Shown: positions 18,623 to 28,700 of the stretch, in pieces | How positions within the stretch are numbered: position 1 is the first letter of the stretch | How the letters are laid out: the number at the start of each line of letters is the position of its first letter | IMG/VR virus record: IMGVR_UViG_3300021138_000003 | DNA: 64,000 nucleotides | Source of the DNA: an uncultured virus (IMG/VR IMGVR_UViG_3300021138_000003) | Lineage: Duplodnaviria > Heunggongvirae > Uroviricota > Caudoviricetes | Reading direction: 5' to 3' (one strand) | Translations under genes and position numbers: made by a program | Notes under the pieces: generated by a model | The model's database searches: none | The model's input: the letters and a program-made list of their open reading frames with translations, nothing else | What the model was told of the DNA's origin: nothing

Positions 18623-19267
18623 ATGAATATGAATAATTTAATCCCAATGGTAGTCGAAAAGTCCAGTTCGGGTGAACGAGCTTACGACATTTATAGTCGA
18701 TTGCTCAAGGAACGCATTGTGTTTCTTAATGGACCCGTCGACGATCATTCTGCCAATGTAATTGTAGCGCAGATGCTGCATCTTGAAAGCGAGGACAGCT
18801 CAAAGGACATTAATCTGTATATCAACAGTCCGGGCGGCCTTGTTACAGCAGGTCTAAGCATTTATGATACTATGCAGTTCATCGGCCCTGACGTTGCAAC
18901 TTATGTTATGGGTCAGGCATGTTCAATGGGTTCATTCCTTGCACAGGCCGGTGCAGCAGGCAAGCGGTTTGTACTTCCCGAATCGCGCACTATGATTCAC
19001 CGCGTTAGTTCAGGAACTCCAGGTACAAGCGGCAGTGTTCATGTACAGGAACTTCAGTTTGAGGATGCAAGGCGCTCATACGAAGAAAGTCAGCGAATTA
19101 ATCAGCGACTAACAGAGCTCTATGTGCGTCATAATACCGCAGGCAAGACCTACGAAGAAATGTTTGAAGCAATGAAGTTCGACACCTTCTTGTCTGCACA
19201 CGAAGCAGTCGAATGGGGTCTTGCTGATGTTGTAGTAAATAAGCGACCACAACCCGAAGTAGCATGA
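18623..19267 (+). CDS. clpP: ATP-dependent Clp protease proteolytic subunit
   Basis: [28 protein letters not shown] (catalytic Ser), MIH. Confidence 0.95.
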   Translation: MNMNNLIPMVVEKSSSGERAYDIYSRLLKERIVFLNGPVDDHSANVIVAQMLHLESEDSSKDINLYINSPGGLVTAGLSIYDTMQFIGPDVATYVMGQACSMGSFLAQAGAAGKRFVLPESRTMIHRVSSGTPGTSGSVHVQELQFEDARRSYEESQRINQRLTELYVRHNTAGKTYEEMFEAMKFDTFLSAHEAVEWGLADVVVNKRPQPEVA

Positions 19268-19273
19268 TTTAAT

Positions 19274-19338
19274 AAGTCTCCGTGTTGTGATAATTACTAA
19301 TATGGGACCAGATCCTTTTAGGCACAACACGGAGACTT
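19274..19338 (+). promoter_or_regulatory. 16-bp perfect inverted repeat sequestering the RBS of the downstream gene
   Basis: AAGTCTCCGTGTTGTG (19274-19289) / CACAACACGGAGACTT (19323-19338); SD GGAG lies in the 3' arm. Confidence 0.7.
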
Positions 19339-19342
19339 CATC

Positions 19343-19663
19343 ATGGAAATAACTCAGGCATTAGATCGAATTTCAAAACAAACTAAAATGTGGGCATGGT
19401 TTGGAAGAATCAGCCCTATACTATTTTTTATTTCAGTAATTTCACTTTATACCGTAGATCATACCGCGGTTCCCTTTATTCTTTATACCGGATGGACTGT
19501 TTTTATTCTAACCTCCATAGTATGGTGGATCTGGGTAATAAAAACCATGAACGAAATGATTAAACTATACGAAACTACATTTGGTCTGTTAGATGACATC
19601 AAAGAAGAAATTGTTGATGTTCGCGAGGATCTAAATATTGTTAAAAAGTCTAGCAATAGTTAA
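19343..19663 (+). CDS. Two-TM membrane protein with coiled-coil tail (holin candidate)
   Basis: Two hydrophobic helices, charged C-terminus. Confidence 0.6.
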   Translation: MEITQALDRISKQTKMWAWFGRISPILFFISVISLYTVDHTAVPFILYTGWTVFILTSIVWWIWVIKTMNEMIKLYETTFGLLDDIKEEIVDVREDLNIVKKSSNS

Positions 19664-19684
19664 ATAAAGGTGCTATAATGCACA

Positions 19685-19723
19685 AATCGGACTAGGCGTT
19701 CATCCCGATTAAAAAATTCTGCC
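19685..19723 (+). promoter_or_regulatory. preQ1-I-like pseudoknot riboswitch candidate upstream of queD
   Basis: P1 AATCGG/CCGATT, loop ACTAGGCGTTCATC, A-tract, 3' GCC complementary to loop GGC; extended -10 TGCTATAAT just upstream. Confidence 0.55.
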
Positions 19724-19751
19724 ACCATTGATAATAAGAAAGATAAAAACA

Positions 19752-20249
19752 ATGGAACCCATAGTTTACAAATATACAAGCACAAAAGAATATATTGATG
19801 CTTTTCCATGTGCATATCGACAATGGAAGGCAGACAGTCATTGTAATCTGAATCATGGATACAGCTTTTCAATGAAGTTTTATTTTGGTACCAATAGCCT
19901 TGATGCTCGAAATTGGGCAGCAGATTATGGTGGATTAAAGGATCTTAAAAAGATCCTTGAAGACCAGTTTGATCACACCACACTTGTTGCAGAAGATGAT
20001 CCTGAACTGGAGTTCTATAAGGAAATGGAGCGACGTAAATTGGCTAAATTAACAATTATTCCGGCAACAGGCTGCGAAGCACTTGCTGACATGATCTATC
20101 GGTTTGTTAACGGTGTTTACATTCCTGATCATTGGGGTCAAGGTGAAGCAGAACGTCTTTGGTGTTGGAGAGTTGAGGTGAGAGAGACACAGAGCAACAT
20201 GGCTTTCCGTGAAGGGCATCGTGAATGGAATGAGGATTTGCTGGGGTGA
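19752..20249 (+). CDS. queD: 6-carboxy-5,6,7,8-tetrahydropterin synthase (QueD/PTPS-like)
   Basis: SHCNLNHGY, DYGGLK, QFDHT, GCEALA, VEVRET. Confidence 0.85.
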   Translation: MEPIVYKYTSTKEYIDAFPCAYRQWKADSHCNLNHGYSFSMKFYFGTNSLDARNWAADYGGLKDLKKILEDQFDHTTLVAEDDPELEFYKEMERRKLAKLTIIPATGCEALADMIYRFVNGVYIPDHWGQGEAERLWCWRVEVRETQSNMAFREGHREWNEDLLG

Positions 20250-20431
20250 ATTTTTCAACATCAGGATCATCCTCTAAACTAAAAAACTGTCTAGATCAAT
20301 CACTCAAACAAATGGGATATGATCCAGACTATGCACACGATTTTACCATTCTTTCAACCGGCGATAACATCAACCGTAAAAGAATTATAATTTCAATTGA
20401 GCCCAGATCGAATCCATTCAGCCAGGACTGA
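20246..20431 (+). CDS. Hypothetical protein
   Basis: Short coupled ORF. Confidence 0.4.
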   Translation: MNFSTSGSSSKLKNCLDQSLKQMGYDPDYAHDFTILSTGDNINRKRIIISIEPRSNPFSQD

Positions 20432-20433
20432 AA

Positions 20434-20643
20434 ATGATTCTCGATCTGCACGGTGTAAAACACCAAGATGTTGACTGTTTAGTGGAAGACTTTGTTTTGA
20501 TGAATCAAAACAGTTTTCCACTAACAATCATTTGTGGCAATAGTCCTAAAATGATTTCACTGGTAAATAATGTTACTCAAAGAATTGGTTGCATCACAGA
20601 AATGTATCGTTACGGTGTAATTACTGTGGCAAGATTTATATAA
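20434..20643 (+). CDS. Smr-domain-like small protein
   Basis: LDLHG and IICG motifs. Confidence 0.6.
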   Translation: MILDLHGVKHQDVDCLVEDFVLMNQNSFPLTIICGNSPKMISLVNNVTQRIGCITEMYRYGVITVARFI

Positions 20644-20653
20644 AGGAAAACTT

Positions 20654-21040
20654 ATGAGTGGAATTATGATGCCGATGTTGAAATATAGATTCAGAATATT
20701 ATTAGATAGAAACATTGACCCAGAATATATCGTTACACAAAATGTTGTGAGCTATGAAGCTGATTATAAAAATAAAAAAATCAATCTGGTTATAAGACAG
20801 CCTGCATCAGATTCTGGAATGACTAGCATAATTAGAACAATATGTGATATACAAAGATTTGTATTGACTGTGGAGGCTCTGGGTCCAGGCACAAAAGATC
20901 CTGAAGTACAATTTCTAAATGAATTATGGTGTAGTGTGGAAACCCACAATTTTAAACTTTCCTATGGCAATGATGACAATATTGCACATCATTATTTGAC
21001 GATGAGTTTTGATTCACTACGAACAAAACTATTTGACTAA
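20654..21040 (+). CDS. Possible divergent tail-tube (gp19-like) paralog
   Basis: MPMLKYRFRI N-terminus and beta-rich pattern reminiscent of tube proteins. Confidence 0.4.
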   Translation: MSGIMMPMLKYRFRILLDRNIDPEYIVTQNVVSYEADYKNKKINLVIRQPASDSGMTSIIRTICDIQRFVLTVEALGPGTKDPEVQFLNELWCSVETHNFKLSYGNDDNIAHHYLTMSFDSLRTKLFD

Positions 21041-21066
21041 AATGCATTTGCTGTTATAATTGCAGC

Positions 21067-21249
21067 ATGACAAACACTTCTACATGGACTGTAACAGTTA
21101 TTGAAGACGAAGAGGGTGCTATCCTCCCGTTCCCTGATGGGTTACTCGAAAGTGTAGGCTGGCAAGAGGGAGATACTCTTGAATGGATCGACAATAGTGA
21201 TGGCTCTTGGACATTAAGGAAAGTCGATGACGCCGAAACAGAAGCGTGA
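21067..21249 (+). CDS. AbrB/MazE-like swapped-hairpin DNA-binding protein
   Basis: ILPFP..LLESVGWQEGDTLEW; promoter TTGACT-16-TATAAT at 21033-21060. Confidence 0.75.
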   Translation: MTNTSTWTVTVIEDEEGAILPFPDGLLESVGWQEGDTLEWIDNSDGSWTLRKVDDAETEA

Positions 21250-21442
21250 ACGAATTAAGTTTATCCTGCCTAAGTTAACTGATGGCAATAGAAATATCTT
21301 CATGAGAATGTATTCACATGAGGATTTGGCTAGAGACATCAACGAAGTAGTTGACACAATGCCTGCCAAGAAGCTAAACTGGGCGCTACAACAAGCCGAA
21401 AACACATATTATAAACTCTTTAGGATTCTTAAAAAGATATGA
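21227..21442 (+). CDS. Hypothetical protein
   Basis: ORF, SD AAGGA. Confidence 0.55.
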   Translation: MTPKQKRERIKFILPKLTDGNRNIFMRMYSHEDLARDINEVVDTMPAKKLNWALQQAENTYYKLFRILKKI

Positions 21443-22222
21443 CTAAGACCATCTGGACGTAATCATACCTTTAATCCATCCTTTAGATATGTAGTCTTCT
21501 AAATTTTCTCGGGATATTCGAAGATTCTCGGTACCGTTGTTTATCCATGTTGCACCTTTTTTAACAGGTGCCCATTTCTTTTTAATCCAACCATTTGATA
21601 ATTTTGCTGTTAACTCGCCAATCTCGCACAAACTATATTCATCCATTTCGGCCTGATAAATCCAAACTTTTCCTTGAGTTGGAGATCTAGGAAGTCCTTT
21701 TTTCCAGCCTTCATTAATATAAGCAGACAACTTATTTGGAGATATCATTTTCTTTTCGGTACCTCTATAAACCCAAATGGTATCTGTTGTAGAAGACATA
21801 TTCCTACCTATTATCCATCCTTCTTTTAACATTTTTTCTACCGCATTAGGATGAACAGCGCATCGTTCATTTGTTTCCGAATGATGTAAATGTTTCAATC
21901 CGGTACTCCCTTTATTATAACCACCATAGCCACCTCCTACTATATTATAAACATCTGATCTTTTTAAAAAATCAAGAGTTACTATTTCCTTTTCTTTAGC
22001 AAACATTTCTTCCGGAGTTTCAAAAATGTATAATACCTCTTTTTTAAAAAATTCTCTTCCATATTTTTCTATTGCACGATTTATGTTAGTTCCTGAACCA
22101 CAATAATCATCATTTAGATTATCTGTAGAATGAGCACCTATGTAAAATTTATTGTTCATTAAATTGGTAGTTTGATAAACGGTGTGGAATTTTCTTTTAT
22201 TTTGATGCTTGGTATTTGCCAC
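21443..22222 (-). CDS. Free-standing GIY-YIG (Seg-like) homing endonuclease
   Basis: VYQTTN...FYIGAH, YCGSG, AIEKYG, YN..GG; repeated GW..G / WI modules. Confidence 0.85.
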   Translation of the reverse strand: MANTKHQNKRKFHTVYQTTNLMNNKFYIGAHSTDNLNDDYCGSGTNINRAIEKYGREFFKKEVLYIFETPEEMFAKEKEIVTLDFLKRSDVYNIVGGGYGGYNKGSTGLKHLHHSETNERCAVHPNAVEKMLKEGWIIGRNMSSTTDTIWVYRGTEKKMISPNKLSAYINEGWKKGLPRSPTQGKVWIYQAEMDEYSLCEIGELTAKLSNGWIKKKWAPVKKGATWINNGTENLRISRENLEDYISKGWIKGMITSRWS

Positions 22223-22223
22223 G

Positions 22224-22252
22224 TTGACTTTCCTTAGATAATTCTGTATAAT
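22224..22252 (+). promoter_or_regulatory. sigma70-like early promoter
   Basis: TTGACT-17nt-TATAAT. Confidence 0.75.
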
Positions 22253-22285
22253 ATATTTATGTGTTTGCTTGTAAAAGGATTAATT

Positions 22286-23302
22286 ATGACTATTAAACGT
22301 GTGGGTTTTTGCTGCAAGTGGATTGATCGACCTGATCAGGTTGATGGTATCAAACCCACTGACGATTGTAAGAAATACAACACAGGCGGCACTACTGTGG
22401 CCTGGCTTAATCGACAAAAGCGTGATGTTGCAGAACAAAAACTTTGGGATTTGATGGAACAAAACATCGAATCTATTCGCAAGCTAGTCAAACGAGTAGG
22501 CACCTTAGATGATAATCTCCGCATGGTGCGCATTAGCAGTGACATTCTTCCTGTTTATACTGAGTCTACTTGGGGCTATTTCTGGTTGCGTCCTGATGTA
22601 CGCAACTACTGTGAAAAGCATTTCTCTGCGGTTGGTGATATTGCTCGTGATAGTGGTGTACGCCTTTCTATGCATCCTGGCCAATTTACAGTGTTAGCCT
22701 CTGATAATGCTGATATTGTAGATCGTAGTATTGCAGAATTTGAATACCATGTAGACATGGCTCGCTGGATGGGCTATGGTAAGACCTTCCAGGACTTTAA
22801 GATCAATGTACATATTGCAGGTCGACAAGGTCCTGCAGGCATTCGTCGAGCATTGGCTCGTATGACACCCGAGGCTCGTAATACTCTTACTATCGAAAAC
22901 GACGAAATGACCTGGGGTATTGAGGATAGTATAGAACTAGTTAACGATTGTGCGCTAGTTTTAGATATTCATCATCATTGGATCAAGACAGGAGAATACA
23001 TTGAAAATACTGATGACCGCGTTAAAAGGGTTATTGATAGTTGGCGCGGTCTCCGTCCTGCTTGTCATTTCTCAGTTTCACGCGAAGACTTGCTCGTTGG
23101 ACACTGCGGGGACACTCGACCCGATCTTAACGCATTGCTAGAGACTGGATACAAAAAGGGCAAACTTAGAGCCCATTCTGATTTTTACTGGAATAAATCT
23201 GTAAATGAGTGGGCTCTAAGTTTTAATAATGATTTTGATATAATGTGCGAATCAAAAGGTAAGAACTTGGCCAGTTTTGCACTAGCCAAGTCCATTACTT
23301 AG
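22286..23302 (+). CDS. uvsE: UV-damage endonuclease (UVDE/UvsE)
   Basis: RISSD, RLSMHPGQFTVL, TIENDE, LDIHHH, AHSD, MCESK. Confidence 0.9.
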   Translation: MTIKRVGFCCKWIDRPDQVDGIKPTDDCKKYNTGGTTVAWLNRQKRDVAEQKLWDLMEQNIESIRKLVKRVGTLDDNLRMVRISSDILPVYTESTWGYFWLRPDVRNYCEKHFSAVGDIARDSGVRLSMHPGQFTVLASDNADIVDRSIAEFEYHVDMARWMGYGKTFQDFKINVHIAGRQGPAGIRRALARMTPEARNTLTIENDEMTWGIEDSIELVNDCALVLDIHHHWIKTGEYIENTDDRVKRVIDSWRGLRPACHFSVSREDLLVGHCGDTRPDLNALLETGYKKGKLRAHSDFYWNKSVNEWALSFNNDFDIMCESKGKNLASFALAKSIT

Positions 23303-23549
23303 GTGCCTTCGGCTTGCGTGGTGCGCGAGCCTTCTTAACAACTGCTTCAACTTCTGCTTCAACAGCAGCTTCTACTTTCTTAGCAGCAGCCTTGACTTTC
23401 GGAGCAACCTTCTTAACTTCAGCTACAACAGCAGCTTCGACCTTCGGTGCCTCTTCTTTGATTACAATTTCGACTTTCTTTTCTAGTTCTACTACCGCAG
23501 CTTCAACTGTAGTTGTAATACCTAAAAGCTTCTTAAAGAATCCTAACAT
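23295..23549 (-). CDS. Small Ala/Val/Lys-rich low-complexity protein
   Basis: SD AGGAG on minus strand; KVEAAV repeats, basic tail; TAAATA upstream. Confidence 0.65.
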   Translation of the reverse strand: MLGFFKKLLGITTTVEAAVVELEKKVEIVIKEEAPKVEAAVVAEVKKVAPKVKAAAKKVEAAVEAEVEAVVKKARAPRKPKAPK

Positions 23550-23597
23550 AATTTTCTCCTTTCTTATTAAAGCTCGGCTTTATTTAATCCTATAAAT

Positions 23598-24176
23598 ATG
23601 ATTATGAAATATAATTTTGTCAAAGAATTCATTTTAAATGAAGGGAAGACACCTTCAGAAGATGATCACTTAGTGCAGTTAAAATTACCATATGCTCGCA
23701 GTGATCTCGATCCTATCATGTCTGAAGATACCATCAACTATCATTATGGGAAACTTTATAAAGCATATGTTGATAAGTTTAATTCAGGAGAAGGTGATCC
23801 TGACTTCAACGAAGCTGGGGCATTTCTTCATAAGATTTATTTTGAACAATTTCAATCTCCGAGTAGTAGTAAACCTGCCGGAGAGATATTAGAATTTATC
23901 AACAAGCATCATGATACATTTAACGATTTCAAAGTAAGTTTTGAAGAAGTCGCTATGGGAATACAAGGATCAGGTTGGGTATATCTAGCTAAAAACGGAC
24001 AGATAAAAACTATTAAAAATCACAAAATACGCTCAGATATTGTTTTACTAATAGACTGGTGGGAACACGCTTGGGCATTAGATTATCAAGCAGATAAAAA
24101 GAAATACTTGGCAAATACATGGAAAATTATCAATTGGTCAGTAATTCAACAGCGTATAGCAACAACAGATAGGTAA
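23598..24176 (+). CDS. Fe/Mn superoxide dismutase-like protein
   Basis: LPY..L.P, HY, GSGWV, DWWEHAW; late promoter TATAAATA at 23591. Confidence 0.85.
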   Translation: MIMKYNFVKEFILNEGKTPSEDDHLVQLKLPYARSDLDPIMSEDTINYHYGKLYKAYVDKFNSGEGDPDFNEAGAFLHKIYFEQFQSPSSSKPAGEILEFINKHHDTFNDFKVSFEEVAMGIQGSGWVYLAKNGQIKTIKNHKIRSDIVLLIDWWEHAWALDYQADKKKYLANTWKIINWSVIQQRIATTDR

Positions 24177-24179
24177 AAC

Positions 24180-24896
24180 ATGCTTACTCTCGATAATGTA
24201 TCGGTTCAGGCTATTAGCAGCGGACCGTTACTCGTTGATATAGATTTAACAATATTGCCCGGCGAGATTCATGCAGTAATGGGGCCAAAAAATAGCGGCA
24301 AGTCTGCGTTAGCCCATACAATAATGGGTCATTCCGATTTAGAAATTAGCAGTGGAGTAGTAACATACAACGAAGATGTTATAAACGATATTCCTGCAGA
24401 CGAACGATCTAAAAACGGTATCTATCTCAGTTTTCAACATCCGCCCGAATTTGGAGATATTAGAAATTGGGAATTACTTAAAGAATGTTATAATCTTAAG
24501 AAATCCGAAATAGATGACATGCGTCTTAAATTTGATGCATGTAGTGAGCTGTTGGGTCTAGGTAATAATCATGGCGAGACTTTCACAGACATGATGACTC
24601 CTGCAGAGGCTAAAATTAATGAACTGATTTTTATGCTAATGTCGAATCCGCGCTTAGTCATTCTAGATGAAATTGACGAGGAATTAACTGATGAAGAATG
24701 TAATCTCGTTGGCGTTATTCTAAAAGAATTTCTAAAAGATAAAAGTCGTGCTTGTTTAGTTATTACAAGAAATCGTAAATTTTTAGATATTATTCAACCG
24801 ACAAATGTTCATATAATGGCAGAAGGAGAAATTCAGCTGTCGGGACAGACAGAACTTTATAAAAGGATCGTTGAAGATGGGTATTCAGAGTTTTAA
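24180..24896 (+). CDS. SufC-like ABC ATPase (degenerate)
   Basis: GEIHAVMGPKNSGKS, SFQHP, ILDEID; ABC signature and H-loop altered. Confidence 0.8.
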   Translation: MLTLDNVSVQAISSGPLLVDIDLTILPGEIHAVMGPKNSGKSALAHTIMGHSDLEISSGVVTYNEDVINDIPADERSKNGIYLSFQHPPEFGDIRNWELLKECYNLKKSEIDDMRLKFDACSELLGLGNNHGETFTDMMTPAEAKINELIFMLMSNPRLVILDEIDEELTDEECNLVGVILKEFLKDKSRACLVITRNRKFLDIIQPTNVHIMAEGEIQLSGQTELYKRIVEDGYSEF

Positions 24897-25695
24897 AGCA
24901 CAAAAAGGCGATCCAGATTGGGCATTTACACCAGATCAATATTTTGACAAAGAATTTAAAGTAATCGATGCAAGTGTTGTTGAACTTTCAAGGAATCAAG
25001 CCGATCGAATGGTATTAAGGCAAACTCCTACTGAAAAAGAAATGCTAGCAAAACATATTCGAATCGATGTCTGTGAGAATTCTTCATTAGATCTAACAAT
25101 TATCAATGAGGCTGCGGATAACATGCAGCAAGTTTTTATATATGATATCCATGTTAGAGATCGTGGCCAAATTAATATGGGATTGTTTGCCAAAGGCGGA
25201 AAGCTAAACAAACATATCGTCCAAATTAAATTAGAAAATTTTGCCAATTTTAATGGATATGGATATATGTGTAATGATGCTAGTGGTGATTCTGAATTGA
25301 TTACTAAGATTGAACATCTCGGATCTGCCAGCATTAGCAATCAGTTTTTTGTTTTCGAAGCTGGGACTAATAGCCAGACTGTATTTCAAAGCTGGGTACA
25401 GGTTGAAGAGGACACCGAATTCACCCAAGTCGGAGTCGATGCAAGTAATTTGATTACAGGTCCAAATGGAAGATGTCAAAGCGTTCCCCAAGTCTTCAAT
25501 GATACCTACACTTCAAAAATTAGTAGCAGGTCGGATACAGAATTTCTTGATCCGGATAAGATATATTATCTACAGACCAGAGGAATGCCAAAGGATCGTG
25601 CAAGATCATTGCTTATTGATCAACACCGAAACCGTGTCTTAGATATTATCCCTTCTGAAGATATCAAAGAAGAAATAATTCAACTACTGAGTTAA
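24877..25695 (+). CDS. SufD/SufB-like beta-helix protein (short)
   Basis: IYYLQTRGM..A.SLLI C-terminal motif; adjacent to sufC-like gene. Confidence 0.75.
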   Translation: MGIQSFKAQKGDPDWAFTPDQYFDKEFKVIDASVVELSRNQADRMVLRQTPTEKEMLAKHIRIDVCENSSLDLTIINEAADNMQQVFIYDIHVRDRGQINMGLFAKGGKLNKHIVQIKLENFANFNGYGYMCNDASGDSELITKIEHLGSASISNQFFVFEAGTNSQTVFQSWVQVEEDTEFTQVGVDASNLITGPNGRCQSVPQVFNDTYTSKISSRSDTEFLDPDKIYYLQTRGMPKDRARSLLIDQHRNRVLDIIPSEDIKEEIIQLLS

Positions 25696-25789
25696 TTTTC
25701 TAAGGTTATTGTATCTCCTTAATAGCTACACTAGAATTACAAAAATTCTAGGTAAATATTAAAAAGCGAACATTTACGCAGGAGATACC

Positions 25790-28700
25790 ATGGCTATAGG
25801 TAAATTAACTATTAATATCGGCGGACAACCTAATGACGGGACTGGCGATAGTATTCGAGAAGCATTCGATAAAACTAATCAAAACTTTTCCAACCTATTT
25901 AATGCAATTGGTAGCTCTGGAAATCTTACCTTTGCTGGCGATTTAGCAGACACTCCGTCGTCACTATCTCCAAATAAATTATTAGTAACTGATTCATCAG
26001 GGTTTACTGTAACTCAAGCATCATTAATTGCAGGATCAGGTATTGCAATAGTTACTACCTCCGGTAGTATTACTATTACTAATAATATATCGACTGGCAC
26101 AACTTCGACTTTTGTAATCAATAATACTACAACTGCCGTTAACACTAACTCCGGGGCGCTAGTTGTTCAAGGCGGAGTCGGTATTGGTGGTTCTTTGTAT
26201 GTCGGCGGCAATTTAAATGTCACTGGTAATATTAGTGGTATAGTTGCCGGTATTACCACTTCTACACAAAATTTAATTGGTGGATCTACTGGATCAATTC
26301 CTTATCAAACAGGACCTAATACTACTGCGTTTATAGGCATAGGATCAGCCGGCACTGTATTACACAGTAATGGTACTACAGCCACTTGGGTATCTACTAG
26401 TTCATTAGGATTAGGCGGAATCGGAGGATCATATAGCGGTATCTTTACTATTACCAATGTAACTTCATCTACTACCTCTACTAACGGAGCATTAGTAGTA
26501 GCAGGTGGTGCAGGAATTGGTGCAGGCTTAAATGTTGTTGGTAATACCAATATTTATGGTAATTTAGCAGTTAGTGGCTCTATTACAGGATCCAATGTCA
26601 CCGTTAATGTAACTAATCTTAGTGCAAACAGCGGTACATTCTACGGAGATGTTACCGGCAACGGTGCTTTATATGCAGGAGTAGTCGGAGGAAGTACTTT
26701 TCCTCAGACTATGATCCAGGCCACTGGCAACTACAATGGTTACATGGAAATTAATGTACAAAATTTCAATGTAGGATCTAAAAATAGTACAGACATTATT
26801 GCATCAGCTGATAATGTTGGCACTAACAATAGTTTTATTGATATGGGTATCACTGGCAGCCACTGGGATGGTACTCAACCATATAGTTTAGGAACTGCGG
26901 TAGGAATCAATGACGGATATGTATTAGTAGGTTCGGGTGCTACTGCAAAACAAGGTAATTTAGTACTGGCCACAGAAACTACCGGATCAAATATTAAATT
27001 TGTCGTTGCTGCAACTAGCGCACAATCTACTCTAACACAAGTTACTACTGCATCTGTTGCAATGATAGTTAACCCAGTTAACAGCGTTTCAACTTCAACT
27101 AACACCGGAGTTTTAGTAGTTAACGGAGGTGTAGGAATTGGCGGTACATTGAATATCGGTGGTGGACTAGTTGTTGGTGCCAGTATTACTGCTACTCAAG
27201 TTAATATTAGCAGCATCAATGTTGCACTTGGACAAAATGCAGGTCAAACAGGACAAGGAAATTATGCAGTTGCCCTTGGGTATTTTGCAGGAAATTCTAC
27301 ACAGAGCAGCGTTGCAATTGCTATTGGTGTTCAAGCAGGACAGACGGGGCAAGGCATGTCAGCAGTTGCACTCGGCGATACTGCCGGTCAGACTTCTCAA
27401 GGGTCCAATACTGTTGCTATAGGATTTTCAGCAGGCCAAGTTTCTCAACTAGCAGAAGCGATTGCAATCGGCGATACCGCAGGTAATCTTAATCAGGGTA
27501 CAAGTGCAGTCGCCGTCGGTCAAACAGCAGGTAGTACTAATCAAGGATCTAATGCTGTTGCAATCGGTCTGGCCGCAGGTTATACTTCTCAATCGGCAGA
27601 ATCAATTGCAATCGGTGATAACGCAGGTTATAGTAATCAAAACATGTTTGCTATTGCTATAGGATCTTCAGCAGGCAGGATTAGTCAAAGCGGCAATGCT
27701 ATTGCAATCGGTCAAGGAGCAGGTAGTACTAATCAAGGCGCTAACGCTATTGCAATCGGTCTGGTCGCAGGTAGTACTAATCAACCAGCTAATTCTATTA
27801 TATTAAATGCCAGCGGCAATACATTAAATGGCGCTACAACAAGTAGTTTTTATGTTTCTCCAATTAGAACTGATGCTTCAACTAGCGGTACTACATGGAG
27901 TCTTTACTATAATCCAATAACTAAAGAAATTACAACTGCAACTGCCGGAACTGGAGGCGGATCATTTAATGGTGGCACTGTAACTAGTGCAACTACATTC
28001 ACTAACACGGTTACCATTACGTCAATTACTGCATCAACATCAACAAATTCAGGAGCATTAATAGTTGCCGGTGGGGTCGGCATTGGTGGAAATTTAAATG
28101 TTAATGGTATAATAAGTGCTACTTCATTAACAATTACTTCAACAGAAACAGATCGCGGAACCTTAGCAATTCAAAGTACTGCGTCGTCAACATCAACTAA
28201 TACTGGTGCATTAGTAGTTGCCGGAGGTATAGGAGTAGGAGGAGTAGTATACGCCGGTGGTGCTATTACTGCTTCGTCGTTTAGTGGGGCCGGTACTGGT
28301 CTTACCGGTACTGCTGCATCATTAACCGTGGGTAATGCAACAACTGCTGTTAATGTTACTAATTCATTGACAATCAACAATGGTGGTTCGGGTTCAGCAA
28401 GTGGCAGTACATTTAATGGCAGCGGCGCTGTAACTATCTCGTACAACACAGTCGGTGCTCCCAGCACAACTGGTGTAAATGCCACAGGTACATGGAACAT
28501 TGTTGCAGGAACTGCAAACATTGCAGCATCTGCAGGTTCAGTACCCAACTCGCTAACAATTAATAATAGCGGATCAGGTTCAGCAAGCGGTGCTACATTC
28601 AATGGAAGTGGTGCTGTAACTATCTCGTACAACACAGTCGGTGCACCTAGCACCGGTGGTGCAAATGCCACCGGCACATGGAACATTGTTGCAGGTACCG

